Source: Mustelus asterias (Eukaryota). Taken from it: a stretch of 64,000 bases of DNA. The stretch spans positions 13,144,001 through 13,208,000 of the forward strand of contig NC_135820.1 in NCBI RefSeq assembly GCF_964213995.1. The letters are read 5' to 3'. The notes under the pieces were generated by a model, which saw only the letters and a list, made by a program, of their open reading frames with translations, was not told the DNA's origin and searched no databases. The translations under genes and the position numbers were made by a program. Shown here piece by piece: positions 14,066-27,362 of this stretch. How positions within the stretch are numbered: position 1 is the first letter of the stretch; the number at the start of each line of letters is the position of its first letter.

Positions 14066-15644
14066 TCCAACAATTATGCGAAAGTCCTCATTCCTTCTGA
14101 CAAATTGTGCTGGACTCGGAAAAATTGCCAAAATCGATTTAAATTTCAATGTTCATGCCGTTTTCCCCCAATAATAAATCTGAAGATTTAGAAGGGAAAA
14201 GTCCCTCTCGTGTTAGAGAAAACTCCTCCTACAGGGTGAGGATTAAAACACCCAGAAAACGCCCCGCGGGGGAATACAGATACAACCGCTCAGGGGACCC
14301 ATTGAAATATTCCCATCCCTACTCCCGGATTGATGTCCGTCCTGATCCGACCGAACTTTCGGATGTGACAGCAGCTCTCCAAGTCTGACATGACACCCAC
14401 TCCAGATCCAACATACCCATTGCTGCGACCCGCTCTCAGGCCCAGGACACTACACTTTGTCAAGGATATACCCCTCCCATCCAGGATATCAAACTTCCCG
14501 CTTCCTGCCACTTAAGGTTCTCTATATCCTGCTTGGGCTCTCTTAGCACCACATGCCCTCACTTAGAGCCTCTCTCTCGCTCTCCCCTCCCAGTAAATCA
14601 CTTACACTTGAAACTTGCGTGCTCGCTTTTCTCTTTAAACATTATGCTTATGCCAACTACTGACAGAAAATTATTTTGTCTCTCTGTGTCCCAAGTACTA
14701 TCTGCCACTGCAGCACCGCATCTACCTCACCAAGTGTGATTGAGGAAGGATGGAGGTGACAGGATACTTGGAGTGCTTGCGTAGATAAGATTATTGAGAG
14801 TGGAAATCTGATGGTGATTCCTACATTGTGGAAGTTACGAACAACAATTACTTCCAGTCTTTCCAACGACAGGACAACTGCCCTTCCATTTACGACTGCT
14901 TAATTTTCAGGTTATTCTTGCCTTGTGTCTTATTACATGCCTCATTTGTTGGCTCCACACTTCAGCAGTATATCAATTTGACATAATAACATAGTCACTG
15001 ATTGTCTCAGGATGAATAATATTATTTTCTGCTCCTTTATTTCCACATTTGTTATTTTCATTTTGCTGGTTGACCAGGGTCCCCTTGTTGGATTCGGGAA
15101 AGAGAACGCATGGCCTTAGTTCGTGACAGAATTGGGGGACTCTGCTGCAAACTGGGTGCACTTTCGAACCATCAGCGCTTATAAATAAGTGGTCAGAGTC
15201 GGTTGATTGCATGATTAGATACGAGAGTTATTGATTAAAAATCATGTCACAATAAAACCCTCTTTTCATAGTTTCGTTAAGCAAAAACAAATAATTTCAA
15301 AAATAAATTACCTCGATCTTTTGAATTGAGCTTCTTTTCTGTCCGGGAGCAAAGAGTTTGAAATGCTGTTGTTCCATGTTTTGAAAAATGCAGAATAGAC
15401 AGGGAATTAAAACGTTTCCTCGCTGCAGAATAACTATTTTAAATACATAGATTGACACCAGGAAAGAGCAAATAAGACTTGCTCGGTTTCCAAGAGGAAA
15501 TCCCAACCAACCAATAGCTGCTGCTCCGTAAAAATTATATTTCTGTTTCAGTTCTAAGCTTATGTCCATTCGTTCTCTGTAAGCTGACATGAACGTGCAG
15601 TAGTTCAGTGGGAAAATACTCGTGAAACTAGGATAATATTGTCA

Positions 15645-15950
15645 TGCACGGTGGCACAGTGGTTAGCTTTGCTGCCTCACCGCGCCAGAGTTCGATTCCC
15701 GGCTTGCGTCACTGTGTGCGTGAAGTTTGCACATTTTCCCTTGTGTGCGTCAGTTCCCTCCGAGTGTTCCAGTTTCCTCCCTGAGTCCAAAGATGCGTGT
15801 GTAATGTGGATTGGCCATGATAATTTGCACATTAGTGTCAGGGGAATTAGGTAGGATGAATGCATGGTGTGTTGGGGATAGGGCTGGATGGGATTGTGGT
15901 TGCTGCAGACTCGATGGGCCGAATGGCCTACTTCTGCACTGTAGGATTAT
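15645..15950 (+). mobile_element. HE1-like SINE
   Basis: GCACGGTGGCACAGTGGTTAGC (A box), GTTCGATTCCCGG (B box) and tail GATGGGCCGAATGGCC...CTGCACTGTAGG. Confidence 0.88.
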
Positions 15951-15964
15951 ATGAATGAAGGTAA

Positions 15965-16940
15965 ATGCAAAGCAGGAACAGGGGCTTTGATATTTCAGGC
16001 CCGTGCCGATCATGATGCTCTAACCTAACTAAAGAACATGCCTTCTGGCCTCAGTTGTTCTGAATCTATATTTTCACACCCGATTGATGGACCCATCGAG
16101 ATGCATGTTACATGTTGCTCATGTTGCTTCCTCCTCTGGGAGCAGATGAAGTAACCATCACTCTGCATGAAAAAACTTCCCGGGAATGCCTCCCTTAGAG
16201 TTCCCCTCTCAATCTCAACACTTGTAATTAAAACTTGCACCTGGGCAAAGGCCAATGACGATCTACTCTGTCTGTGCCTCTCATAATTGTTGGGCGTCTG
16301 TCAGTTCTCCCGTAATCCTCCGACTTTCCAGTGGAAACAATAATGGTTTGTTCGACCTCCCCTCATAGTCAACATTATCGAGACCAATCAGCATCCTGGT
16401 GAAAGTTTTTTGTACACTCTTCATAGCTCCCACGTCCTCATGGTTGTCTGGCCACAAGAGCTGCACACAATACTTCAACTGCCGCCCAATCCTGGCTTTA
16501 CATATCTGCAACCTGATTTACCCACTCTTGTACTCAATGTCCCGGCAGATGAAGGCAGGCATATCGTATACCTTCATTGGGACAATGGCCATCTGTGTTG
16601 CCTTTTTTCGGAAACTGTGGACGTGCATACCCAGATCACCTTTAATGTTAATTCTCCTATTTGTTCTGCCATATATAGCATTATTTACACCTAAATTTGA
16701 TCCTCCAAATTCCAGCATTTCGCATATTTCCTGCTCAATCTCCATCTGCAATTTCTGTGTCCAAATTCAAATTGATCTATATCCTCCTGTATCCTCTGAT
16801 AATCCCGGACACTGTCAGCAACTGTACCAATCTTCGTGTCAAACTCGCACTTACTAACCTGACCATCAGCTTTCCCCTCCAGATCATTTATATGTAGTAC
16901 AAACAGAGGACTCAGAACAGATCCCTGATCCATAGTAGCT
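15965..16940 (-). mobile_element. Degenerate CR1 3' fragment (RT C-terminus)
   Basis: Minus-strand QGSVLSPLF, DTKIG and QLKYCVQLLWP motifs. Confidence 0.85.
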
Positions 16941-18221
16941 TCAAGCTCCATTAGAAAAAAACACGGGCTTAATGTCTTCCTCCAATGAAATAATGCAGTT
17001 AGATATTTTGTATCTCCATTCATTGGTTAACTTTAGTGAATATTCAAGTACAGAAACAGGAAGTAAACATTTGGGCATGGTGGCTGGAGCCTGAATCGGG
17101 CGAAATTAATCCGAAGAATATTTTGTAGAACAAGAAAAACAATCCAAGCTGTTTGAGATGTAAAGCCCCTTCTATTTGTTGCTGCACTACTGTAATTCTG
17201 CCCGGTGTCTGCTGAAAATAAGGGATAGGTCCCATGAAATTGAAAGACATTTTTTTTTCTCACCAGCCTCTTCCGCCATAGTTTGGCACTCTTCCACCTC
17301 TGTATACAATCAAAACGATCAGGTAAATACCACACTTTATTTCTGGGCTTAGATATAGGGTCAGCGTACTAAACAAGTGGAACTATGAATTTGTCTCTTT
17401 CTTGGACACTGTTCCCTCCAACATCCACTGTAAGATAATCAGCAGGGAATGTGTGCCTTAATCGCCCCACATTTTGAGAGATGTGTAAAGGACGTCAGTG
17501 TGGTTTTCAGGCAATTAAACCGAGAATACTTTCTTCGTAATTATAATATACTTAAAAGCGCGGTTGTTCTCCCAGTAATCATACATATTTACAGACAATT
17601 TCATCGATGTTATAACAGCAATAAGAAGGTAACTTAATTAAATCCATTTTCCCTTATTTAAGTGTCTGAGAAAACAACTTTGAAAACAGACGTGGAATAT
17701 TATGGAAGCAATTGCGAATCATTCTTGTGGGCACATGAGAGAAATGTTGTATCTATGTTCTAAAAATAAATGAATCTACACCGATTGCAAATAACAGTTA
17801 TAGGTATGTATAAGATTGGTCATTCACTGAGTTGTGCAAGGTCATTTGGGGCAAAATAATGCAACCCTTTGTTATCTTGGCTCCCTGGAAAACAGATGTG
17901 CATTCGGACAAATTGAATGTGGGTAATCCTAATTCCATTTGAAAAACATATGTTCAATTGTTTTCAGCATTCTCTTGAAGCTGGATCCATTGAATAGTCG
18001 TCGATATGGCCGCATATCAAGTTATGGCTTGGGAGGTCGGTAACCGAGATTCCCAGAATTTATATTTTTTGCTTAAGTACCTCATGACATTGTAGCAATT
18101 CATTGGAACTTCGAAGCACATGTCATTGCACCATCAATTGTGAACCAGCGTCAATAACTACCTTTCTCTTTAACTTTCATTTTTTTTCCTGTGATGGGAA
18201 AGTCAGTCGCTTATATGTTAT

Positions 18222-18778
18222 AGAAACATAAAAACATAGAAAACTACAGCACAAAACAGACCCTTCGGCCCCACAAGTTGTGCCGAACATATCCCTACCT
18301 TTTAGGCCTACCTATAACCCTCCATCCTATTACGTCCCATGTACTCATCCAGGAGTCTCTTAAAAGACCCTATTGAGTTTGCCTCCACCACCACTGTCGG
18401 CAGCCGATTCCACTCGCCCACCACCCTCTGTGTGAATAACTTCCCCCTAACATTTCCCCTGTACCTATATCCCAGCACCTTAAACCTGTGTCCTCTCCTG
18501 GCAGCCATTTCCACCCTGGGAAAAAGCCTCTGGGAGTCCACCCGATCTATGCCTCTCAACATCTCATATACCTCTATTTGGTCTCCTCTCATCCTACGTC
18601 TCTCCAAGGAGAAAAGGCCGAGCTCCCTCAGCCGATCCTCATAAGGCATGCCACACAATCCAGGCAACATCTTTGTAAATCTCCTCTGCACCCTTTCAAT
18701 CTTTTCCACATCCTTCCTGTAATGAGGCGACCAGAACTGAGCACAGTACTCCAAGTGGGGTCTGACGAGGGTCTTATA
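18222..18778 (-). mobile_element. CR1 3' fragment, same family as 10523-13671
   Basis: ORF 18308-18754 (EYCAQFWSPHYRKDVEKIERVQRRFT) and an (AGAAACAT)-type tail. Confidence 0.95.
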
Positions 18779-20375
18779 TGTTATGGAATAAATGTATTCG
18801 AAGAGGGTTCAGTAGAATCACTTTCATGAGCGTTGACTTCGTTCACAGGGGCAAACTTAGCTAATGTCCTTGCATAAGAAAGCAGACTGCTTGCACTTTG
18901 CAACATTAAGAGTAGAAAAACATTAAAAGATTTTCGTTGATCTGTGCACAATGATGCGTCCATTGAAAATAGTCTGAAAAAGAGGATGTGTGTCGGGAGA
19001 GGGGGCAGCGACGGGGAAGGGGAAGCAGGCCTGGGGGACGGATCATCTGTTCACTGACGTTTGACGCAACTACATGTACAACGAGAAACCGGAAGTTTAC
19101 AAGAAAATGAAGAAATGTTGTACTTTAGTTGAGGCAATCTGCAAGCGCAGGCACGCCAGTGAAGATGAGATCTTAGTGCGATTGGAAAGAAGAGGAGATC
19201 TGACTTGGTGTACTTCAGTGTGCTTTGACATGTTTCATTGATGATTGACGATGATTCCAGATGTGGTTCCGGAAAGAGTGATGGCACAGTGAAAATGAAG
19301 TTTTTCCCGCAACATAAGCCAAAGCTGGTTTTCTGCAGTAACATCATGGTGTTGAAATGCGATTTTTTGCGTTCACAGGAACGGCTGTCCAACTTTTCTT
19401 GTTGCTGGACTTTGTGAATGTGGGGAGACAGGATGCTTGGCAGTTAAACACGGAAAGAGTCGACTTAGGTCGAATAAAGAAAATAGAAAAAAGTCACATT
19501 CGAAATATTCTACATTAATGTAAACAATATGTCAATTAATTTTGTAATCAAAGCAGGAAATTAATGTATGATAATTAATAGTGTAACGAATGAAATGCAT
19601 CCAGGTCAAATCGGGAGATGATACTAACAGAGAGGAACCTAGAGAGAATAATGATTTTCTCCAGATGCAAAGGGAAAGCAGGAGCAAGTTACAAGAGATA
19701 AAGTGAAAAAATGGGATCTTGCCAGGGATCAAAACGGCATGCAAAGTAGGTGAGATGAAAGGAAATACGAAAAAAAAAGTAAATTTAGTTATTCGAGGAA
19801 AAAAGAACGAATGTACGCAGAGGTAGATGAAGAACATTAAAAGAAATAGAGAAACGAGGAGAGTATTTTTTTTCTATTAGCAAAGATGACATATGTAAAA
19901 CAATATATCAACTCTCGATCAAAAGGGAGATAATTTGATGCATGCATGGAAAATATAACGAATGCTGGTTCAAACAAACATAAGCGAGATAATGCTGGAA
20001 ACGAAGGCAAAAATTATGTAGTGTGCACCAATAAATAACTAGAAAACCGACAAACATAGAGGAAAGCATTTTCCTCTGTTAAAGTCGGATATTTATCCTG
20101 TCACTGGTGTTAAAAAAGCGGAGATTGATCCCTGCTGTGAGAACTAACACTTAACCCCTCAAGCAGGATCACCTTGCCTCATGATCTGTAAAATTATGTG
20201 AACAGTAGTACGTACTGCCCCTCAGCAACTTTAAGTTGGTAAATGAAAACAACAACCTGAGATCATCTCCGCATAATTTACAAGTGACAATTATTTATCG
20301 AACTAAGAGTGAACAGGTAAAAAAATCTATTTAATAAAAACGAGTAAAACATAATTGTCATGGAATGCTGTTTGG

Positions 20376-21096
20376 ATAAATACATTTCCCACTTCCTAAC
20401 AAGAACATTGTGCATTAACACAGATGCAGTGCAAGGGTTGGATCGAATTGATAGAATCAACAACACATCCGCATGCCGATTCTGTGCTCGCCACATTGAA
20501 GCTGACGGCAGTCACTGTTATTGTACGCCAAATTATGAAACAATTGTTACAATTTGGAAGATTTTATAAAACCGCAACTTAGAGTTGACAAGACTGTAAT
20601 AGTCTTGTCAACTCTGCGTTGCGGCCTTAAAAATGCCTTACAATAATGCAACTATCAACAGGTCAAAATCTTTGAGAGGGTGACCACGTCACCGGGTGGA
20701 ACTGTGAACTTACACCCTCAAGTTCGCTTAAACAAAGTCAAATTAATGCTGGAGGGTGCAGTCCACAGTTTCCAATGCTCTGGGCGAGTTTATCTACTCA
20801 TAACAGTGAAGCTTTTCTTTTGCTTTATCTACTTTGAGATTGGTCTCCTTTTCAAAGATGTTGAACTGTTGATAGCCGCACTGCATATTACACTCTTGGC
20901 AACTTTGCGCTGCGACATAAAAAGGAGACCAACAGTTTATGGCAATTGTTTTAGAATTTGGCGTACAATAACAACGATTGCCACCAACCTCAGTGTGGCG
21001 AGCACACAATCGGCACGCAAATATATTATTGACTCTGTCGCTAATATCCAATCCTTGCACTGCATCTGTGCTGATATGAATTGTAAATGTATTTAT
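20376..21096. repeat. Long imperfect inverted repeat (foldback/MITE-like)
   Basis: 20415-20690 aligns to the reverse complement of 20835-21075. Inner arms 20697-20722 and 20749-20774 also pair. Confidence 0.9.
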
Positions 21097-23940
21097 GTGC
21101 TAAAAAATAAGGTAAAGTCACGATTATTAGTACTCTTCCCTGCATGTAGCTGACCTGTACTTTTGCCATTTATGTTACAATCGTTGCTCCCTACTTCGGC
21201 AGATTCACGAATAGTTTAAAACTGTGAACCCTACTAATCATCTTAGGTGACAGAAATTTTGAATATCAACAGGCTCCATTGATTTCGTTGAGGACTTGTC
21301 CACGAATAATGTTTTGAAATATAGATGTAACGTGCAGAAGAGTGAGGAACAGGCGTTCTAGAAGTGGCAAAACAACCTCCAGAGCAAATATTTTCACACT
21401 TGCCGGCCTTCTGCTTGCAGGATTTGAGCACCATTAACAGTTTACTCTGAGTTCTGACATTAAGATGGGCAACAGTTAATCAACTATTTTTTTATAGCAT
21501 TGGCAAGGCGGGCATTACAAATCAATTAATCCGAGATTTGTGAAGTAGCTTATTTACTGCTACGTGAGACCTCCAACATTTATGTCTCATGCAAGTTTAG
21601 ATACCATGACTTTATTCCTGCATCTATGTTACTGATTGAAATATTAAAACGTTGAGCTACGTGCATAGTTTTTGCCAGCCAACCGCTTTTCTAACCATGC
21701 TAACATCTTACTGGCTACGAAATTGGCACTGATTTCCCACAATAAATTTTGATGTGGCACACGATGATTGCCTTCCAGGGCTATCAGCATGGGCCCATCA
21801 TTGGTCCCTCGACTCCGTATCCCTATCGTCCTCAGATAATCCTCTGATGCTTCTGTACCATATGGCTTTATCATTCAGATATTCCCCTCTTTGCACGCTG
21901 ATTCTGCATAGGGCACAGACAGCAGTATCTCTAACCATGAAGGACGTATTTTACATGAAGTAATTTAATATGCTAATAGGAATTATTATCCAGCCATAGG
22001 AAACTTATTCTTCAGAAACTGGTGGTCAGATTGAATATTGTCCCATTACTGTCTTGGAACTAAAAATACCTCTTTTGCGGGTCTATGTCCATCAGAGAGT
22101 CGGTTCAAAGTAAAATGTTCAAGTAAACTACCTCTGTAAGGAAACGATGGGATCCTATTGTATGCCACGCATGCGTCTAAATTACCGAAGAAATAAGTTA
22201 TTCTGCATAGGTCGTGGGTAAACTCTTTCTGTTCATGAAGCCGAGTGGCCATGAAGTTGCGTGAACACTTTTCTGCCGGCTCAGAGCTGCTCTTGGTCTG
22301 CCAGTTGATCTGTATGAGTCTATTTAGGGGAATTATTGACATCAAGAGACCAGCTAAAATGCCGTCGGGAGGAATGGTAAATTCTGGCTTTGAAATGGTG
22401 ACTTTCGATTGCGATTCGTGTTCCATGCATAGCGAAGTTTAAAGTAAAATTGTTGATATCAACTTGTTATGTTAGGTAGGATGCGTTAGGGTTTCTAGCC
22501 CATCTTGCCACATAGGAAGACATTAAAAGTTCGGGGATTCGTATCCAATGTAATGTTTCGTGCTAAAAAACAACTGGGAACAATAACTTCATGTGGGCAT
22601 TTGCAAACTTTTCCCCGGAACTTGAAACAAAACAGCCATACAAATGGCGCGAGCAGAGACATGTCAAAAAAAAGATAACATTTTAAAATATGAGACTGTT
22701 GTGCATAAATGACTCGCTTGAAGTGAGCAGATTCAAAATGGCTACAGAAAATCAAAGGAACCGTCGCTCTGTTCAATATATTACTCTCCCCTCCACCTCG
22801 CATGTATGTTTGCATTTCAGTGCAGTTTTCAATGACATTTGACGAGTCGACTGGTCAATAGTAATGGACATCTCGTGGTTAGAAAGGAGAAGATTCATTT
22901 TCGGATATGAAAATGACACATAACGTATTCTTTTAATGATGGTTTTGGTTGAAGTCAGATGGCGAATACATATCAAACTTTGGAATCTAATTATCCATCT
23001 TTCTCAGTCAACCTCCAAAACAATGAATGACTCTGCGCTCAGTCGCCTAGATTGGTGCGAGTACCGTGCAATAAGCAATGAGTGCTTTATTGTCGTGGTT
23101 TTTTTTTTAATGTTCACCATCCATGGAAAGTAGTGGATAAGACGTGAAGTCCATGGCTCTGTGTTGAGGACGTTTAGCTGCAGCATAATTCTCTCTGGTA
23201 CCGACTTTTATTATTTGCACCTCAACAAATGCAATTTCAAATAAAGACGTATCTTAAATAAAAACGTAAACGCTACAATTTATACGGGTTAATGGTGGCG
23301 TCACACTAACCTTCGTCATTTAGCTTTTGTGTTAGTTCTTCTATTTCTGGGTAAAGAAATGTAGTTTTATTTCCATTCAACGCTAATCGAGGTCTGTGAC
23401 GTCAACGTAAAGATAAAATAAACTGCTCAGTCGAGCTCATAAATAACTAAGCCTCAAAATGTCAAGGAAAGTAGAACGAATTAAGTTAATGACGTGCGTC
23501 GACGAGTCAAATCTTGGGTCGGCTTCACTGCACTTACTTCTCTTTTCCTCTTATTCTATTGCTCACGAACCCATGTGCAGGGAAGTCACTTAATGAATCG
23601 CGCTGCGTCTCTCGGCCATATCTCATTAATGAACAAATGTCGGAAAAGTGAAAGTTATGAAGCTTCGTGACATCATGTCCTCTGCTCCAGATAAATTGAA
23701 TGCTAAGCTCACTGTATCTTAATAAAACAGATCTGCAGTATTTATAGAATGAAATAGCATAATCGGAGCACGGTTGCGTACGTCGAACAGAGAGCAAGCT
23801 ATGCACGCTGCCTTATGTCTGAAAAGCAGCAGTTTCTCATTCACTCATTAATGCAATTCCATTCAAGGTTTCGTTGAATATGTTTTGTGGACAATGCTGA
23901 ATTTCTATTTATAAAACACAGCAAGCGGAATAACTCATTG

Positions 23941-24276
23941 AAATCATAGAAACCCTACAGTGCAGAAGGAGGCCATTCGGCCCATCGAGTCTGCACCGAC
24001 CACAATCCCACCCAGGCCCTACCCCCACATATTTTACCCGCTAATCCCTCTAACCTACACATCCCAGGACTCTAAGGGGCAATTTTTTAACCTGGCCAAT
24101 CAACCTAACCCGCACATCTTTGGACTGAGGGAGGAAACCGGGGCACCCGGAGGAAACCAAGCAGACACGAGGAGAATGTGCAAACTCCACACAGACAGTG
24201 ACCCGAGCCGGGAATCGAACCCGGGACCCTGGAGCTGTGAAGCAGCAGTGCTAACCACTGTGCTACCGTGCCGCCC
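23941..24276 (-). mobile_element. Young full-length HE1-like SINE
   Basis: GGGCGGCACGGTAGCACAGTGGTTAGC...GGTTCGATTCCCGG. Nearly identical to 40338-40677. Confidence 0.95.
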
Positions 24277-25310
24277 TATTGACTGTCTGTCTGTCTGGGT
24301 AAAGAAAGATAGATAGATATTGACTGCTAACTCAACTATTTTGCGAGCTGCAATGATTTTTGCACAGAAAGAACATATCAAGTTGAACTCCGACATTATG
24401 TTTCACATAATCTTTCGAACAGACTTGATCGTTAACACGTTCAAATATATACATATTATCACTTATGGTGTCAATTGCATGCCCGATACATGAATGTGTC
24501 CCGACCTGTACTTAAGTACAGGAAATCGATCGCATCCAATTGATCAAAGTTAATTACTTGTATATATTCATTCGTCTGAAAACATCCCGTTTCTGAACTA
24601 TTATTTTCATCAAGTATCAGCCTGTGTTTTGAAGTGTATAGTCTGAGCATTAATTATATAAACGTGAGTGTGAAGAATCAGAAATTGAAAATAAAGGGAT
24701 CAAAGACAAATTTTACGGGCAACTTGCAGAGGTCTTCAGTGTACAAGGTAATGTGATCATGGCATAAGTAGTTTTAATTCCAACAATTCAGAGTTGGGAG
24801 GATTAAAAAAAAAACTGCTGTCAGTTTTGAACTGGTACTGCGAAAATTGTTGGAGTTAAGTAACAACAAGTTCTCACTCTTGAGTGATGTGATCCCAACT
24901 TCGTATAAGTGTTGGTGACTTAATTGTTGCTTTGACTCGAACTTTCCAAAATACGAAGTGTTAAAAGGGTATTATAGAAGAGTCAGCATTGTTTAATGAA
25001 AGTAGATAATGGTTAAAGTATGAAGTCGAGTTCTTAGAGGAGTAACAAGTGCTCTGCATGTGCGTTGGGGGTTCTATTGAAATACTGTACTTGCACAGCC
25101 CTAAAACCTGTGATCGGAATATGGAACAATGGTTACATGCAACAAAAGAGGTCATGCTAAAGAAGACGTTTGCAACCCATTTATTTGCTAACGTCCAGCA
25201 TTGTCTTGTGCACCGTTTGTGTGTTTCTCACTGCTTATTTTATTGCATTACATTATTTTATACGTTAAGATTTTTCTCCAATGACATCACTGATTGTTGA
25301 AGGGACATCT

Positions 25311-26186
25311 NNNNNNNNNNNNNNNNNNNNNNNNNNNNNNNNNNNNNNNNNNNNNNNNNNNNNNNNNNNNNNNNNNNNNNNNNNNNNNNNNNNNNNNNNN
25401 NNNNNNNNNNNNNNNNNNNNNNNNNNNNNNNNNNNNNNNNNNNNNNNNNNNNNNNNNNNNNNNNNNNNNNNNNNNNNNNNNNNNNNNNNNNNNNNNNNNN
25501 NNNNNNNNNNNNNNNNNNNNNNNNNNNNNNNNNNNNNNNNNNNNNNNNNNNNNNNNNNNNNNNNNNNNNNNNNNNNNNNNNNNNNNNNNNNNNNNNNNNN
25601 NNNNNNNNNNNNNNNNNNNNNNNNNNNNNNNNNNNNNNNNNNNNNNNNNNNNNNNNNNNNNNNNNNNNNNNNNNNNNNNNNNNNNNNNNNNNNNNNNNNN
25701 NNNNNNNNNNNNNNNNNNNNNNNNNNNNNNNNNNNNNNNNNNNNNNNNNNNNNNNNNNNNNNNNNNNNNNNNNNNNNNNNNNNNNNNNNNNNNNNNNNNN
25801 NNNNNNNNNNNNNNNNNNNNNNNNNNNNNNNNNNNNNNNNNNNNNNNNNNNNNNNNNNNNNNNNNNNNNNNNNNNNNNNNNNNNNNNNNNNNNNNNNNNN
25901 NNNNNNNNNNNNNNNNNNNNNNNNNNNNNNNNNNNNNNNNNNNNNNNNNNNNNNNNNNNNNNNNNNNNNNNNNNNNNNNNNNNNNNNNNNNNNNNNNNNN
26001 NNNNNNNNNNNNNNNNNNNNNNNNNNNNNNNNNNNNNNNNNNNNNNNNNNNNNNNNNNNNNNNNNNNNNNNNNNNNNNNNNNNNNNNNNNNNNNNNNNNN
26101 NNNNNNNNNNNNNNNNNNNNNNNNNNNNNNNNNNNNNNNNNNNNNNNNNNNNNNNNNNNNNNNNNNNNNNNNNNNNNNNNNNNNNN
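25311..26186. other. Assembly gap
   Basis: Run of N. Confidence 1.
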
Positions 26187-27174
26187 TCTTTATTTATGCA
26201 TATACACAGTACACTTACCGCTTTCCTTGTCTTTCAACTTTTTGCCTTTGAATATGATGGAAACAAACAAGCACGCCAAATGTAGATAATTCCATTCACT
26301 CTTCAATTTTGCAGACATGTTTTGCATTAATATGTTAAAGTCATATTCTTGAACGCCGCTGTTCCAAATTGCCAGAAGATGAATTGTAAACAATAATTAC
26401 CACGCATATATGTTCCATAAAGCATCCAAATTTTTCCACTAATGTGATAAATTATCAACGGCACCTAACTGTATCAACTGTAGATGCGAAGTATTTTTCT
26501 AATTGAATTCACAGATGAAAACATGCTTCTTCTCACAGAGGGATGTTAATGTCTGGAATTCTTTAAATCAGAGAGCTCACATTGAATATAGTTAATGTTG
26601 ATTTCGGCAGCCCATTGATTCGCAACAGAATCACGGATCATGAAAGACACAATTTTCTCAGTCATGACCCTATTCAATGATAGAGCAGGTTCTGAAGATA
26701 AATGACTGGCTGTTGCTACTGTTGTTTCATACTTGGCTACTTTCTTCATTTCTTATACATATCAAAGAATGTCTCTTGGCAAAGAACCCTTTGAAGCCTC
26801 TGATAATCTGGCTTATTCCAAGACATCCTTACCGTTATCTTGCAACTTCTTCGTCAGGTGTTGAATATCTGAAATAACATACAAAAATGTTGTTCAGAAT
26901 AGTTTCATCAAACACTGAGCATTACACTTATACCTATTGTATGGTCTGTGCCATTGTTTGTCTAATTACGATTTCCTCAGAAATACTGTCAATCGCGTTG
27001 CAGATTTTTTTCCCCTTGCCTCTTATCCAGCTTACTTCCGTGTTCTCACGCTAATTAAAAGCACAGTATGAAAGGCATGAAAGGATTTCATTATCCATCC
27101 GGAAATACCGTGTCTGTCAATGTAACTGAGCAGCCTTGACCTTTATATGGCACACGACCCATGAACAGCACATT

Positions 27175-27362
27175 CAGAGATGTGCAAGTTAGTTTTGTCT
27201 GCCATGCTATTTGCCCCTTAGTGTCTCAAAATCTGTAGGTTAGGGGGAATTGCGGGATTAATGGATGGGAGTACAGGTTAGAGGCTGGATGGGCTGATGT
27301 TGGAGAGTCGGTGCAGATTCTGTCGCCGAATGGTCTCCTTCTCGAGAATGCGGCTTCTATGC
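27175..27362 (+). mobile_element. Degenerate SINE 3' half
   Basis: GATGTGCAAGTTAG...GCCATGCT...GCCCCTTAGTGTC...GCCGAATGG.CTCCTTCT. Confidence 0.65.

Noticed and set aside
20360-21060. Two similar Cys-rich ORFs suggesting a small duplicated gene
   Set aside because: The similarity follows from the DNA inverted repeat. There is no recognisable domain or splice structure.
22046-22442. 126-aa ORF as a host exon
   Set aside because: No recognisable domain or convincing splice context; ORFs of this length are expected by chance.
23941-24276. tRNA gene at SINE heads (also the other HE1-like copies)
   Set aside because: The A and B boxes belong to the tRNA-derived SINE head, followed by SINE body and tail.
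25281-26289. ORFs of about 330 aa (also 5883-6317)
   Set aside because: Artefacts of reading through N gaps.
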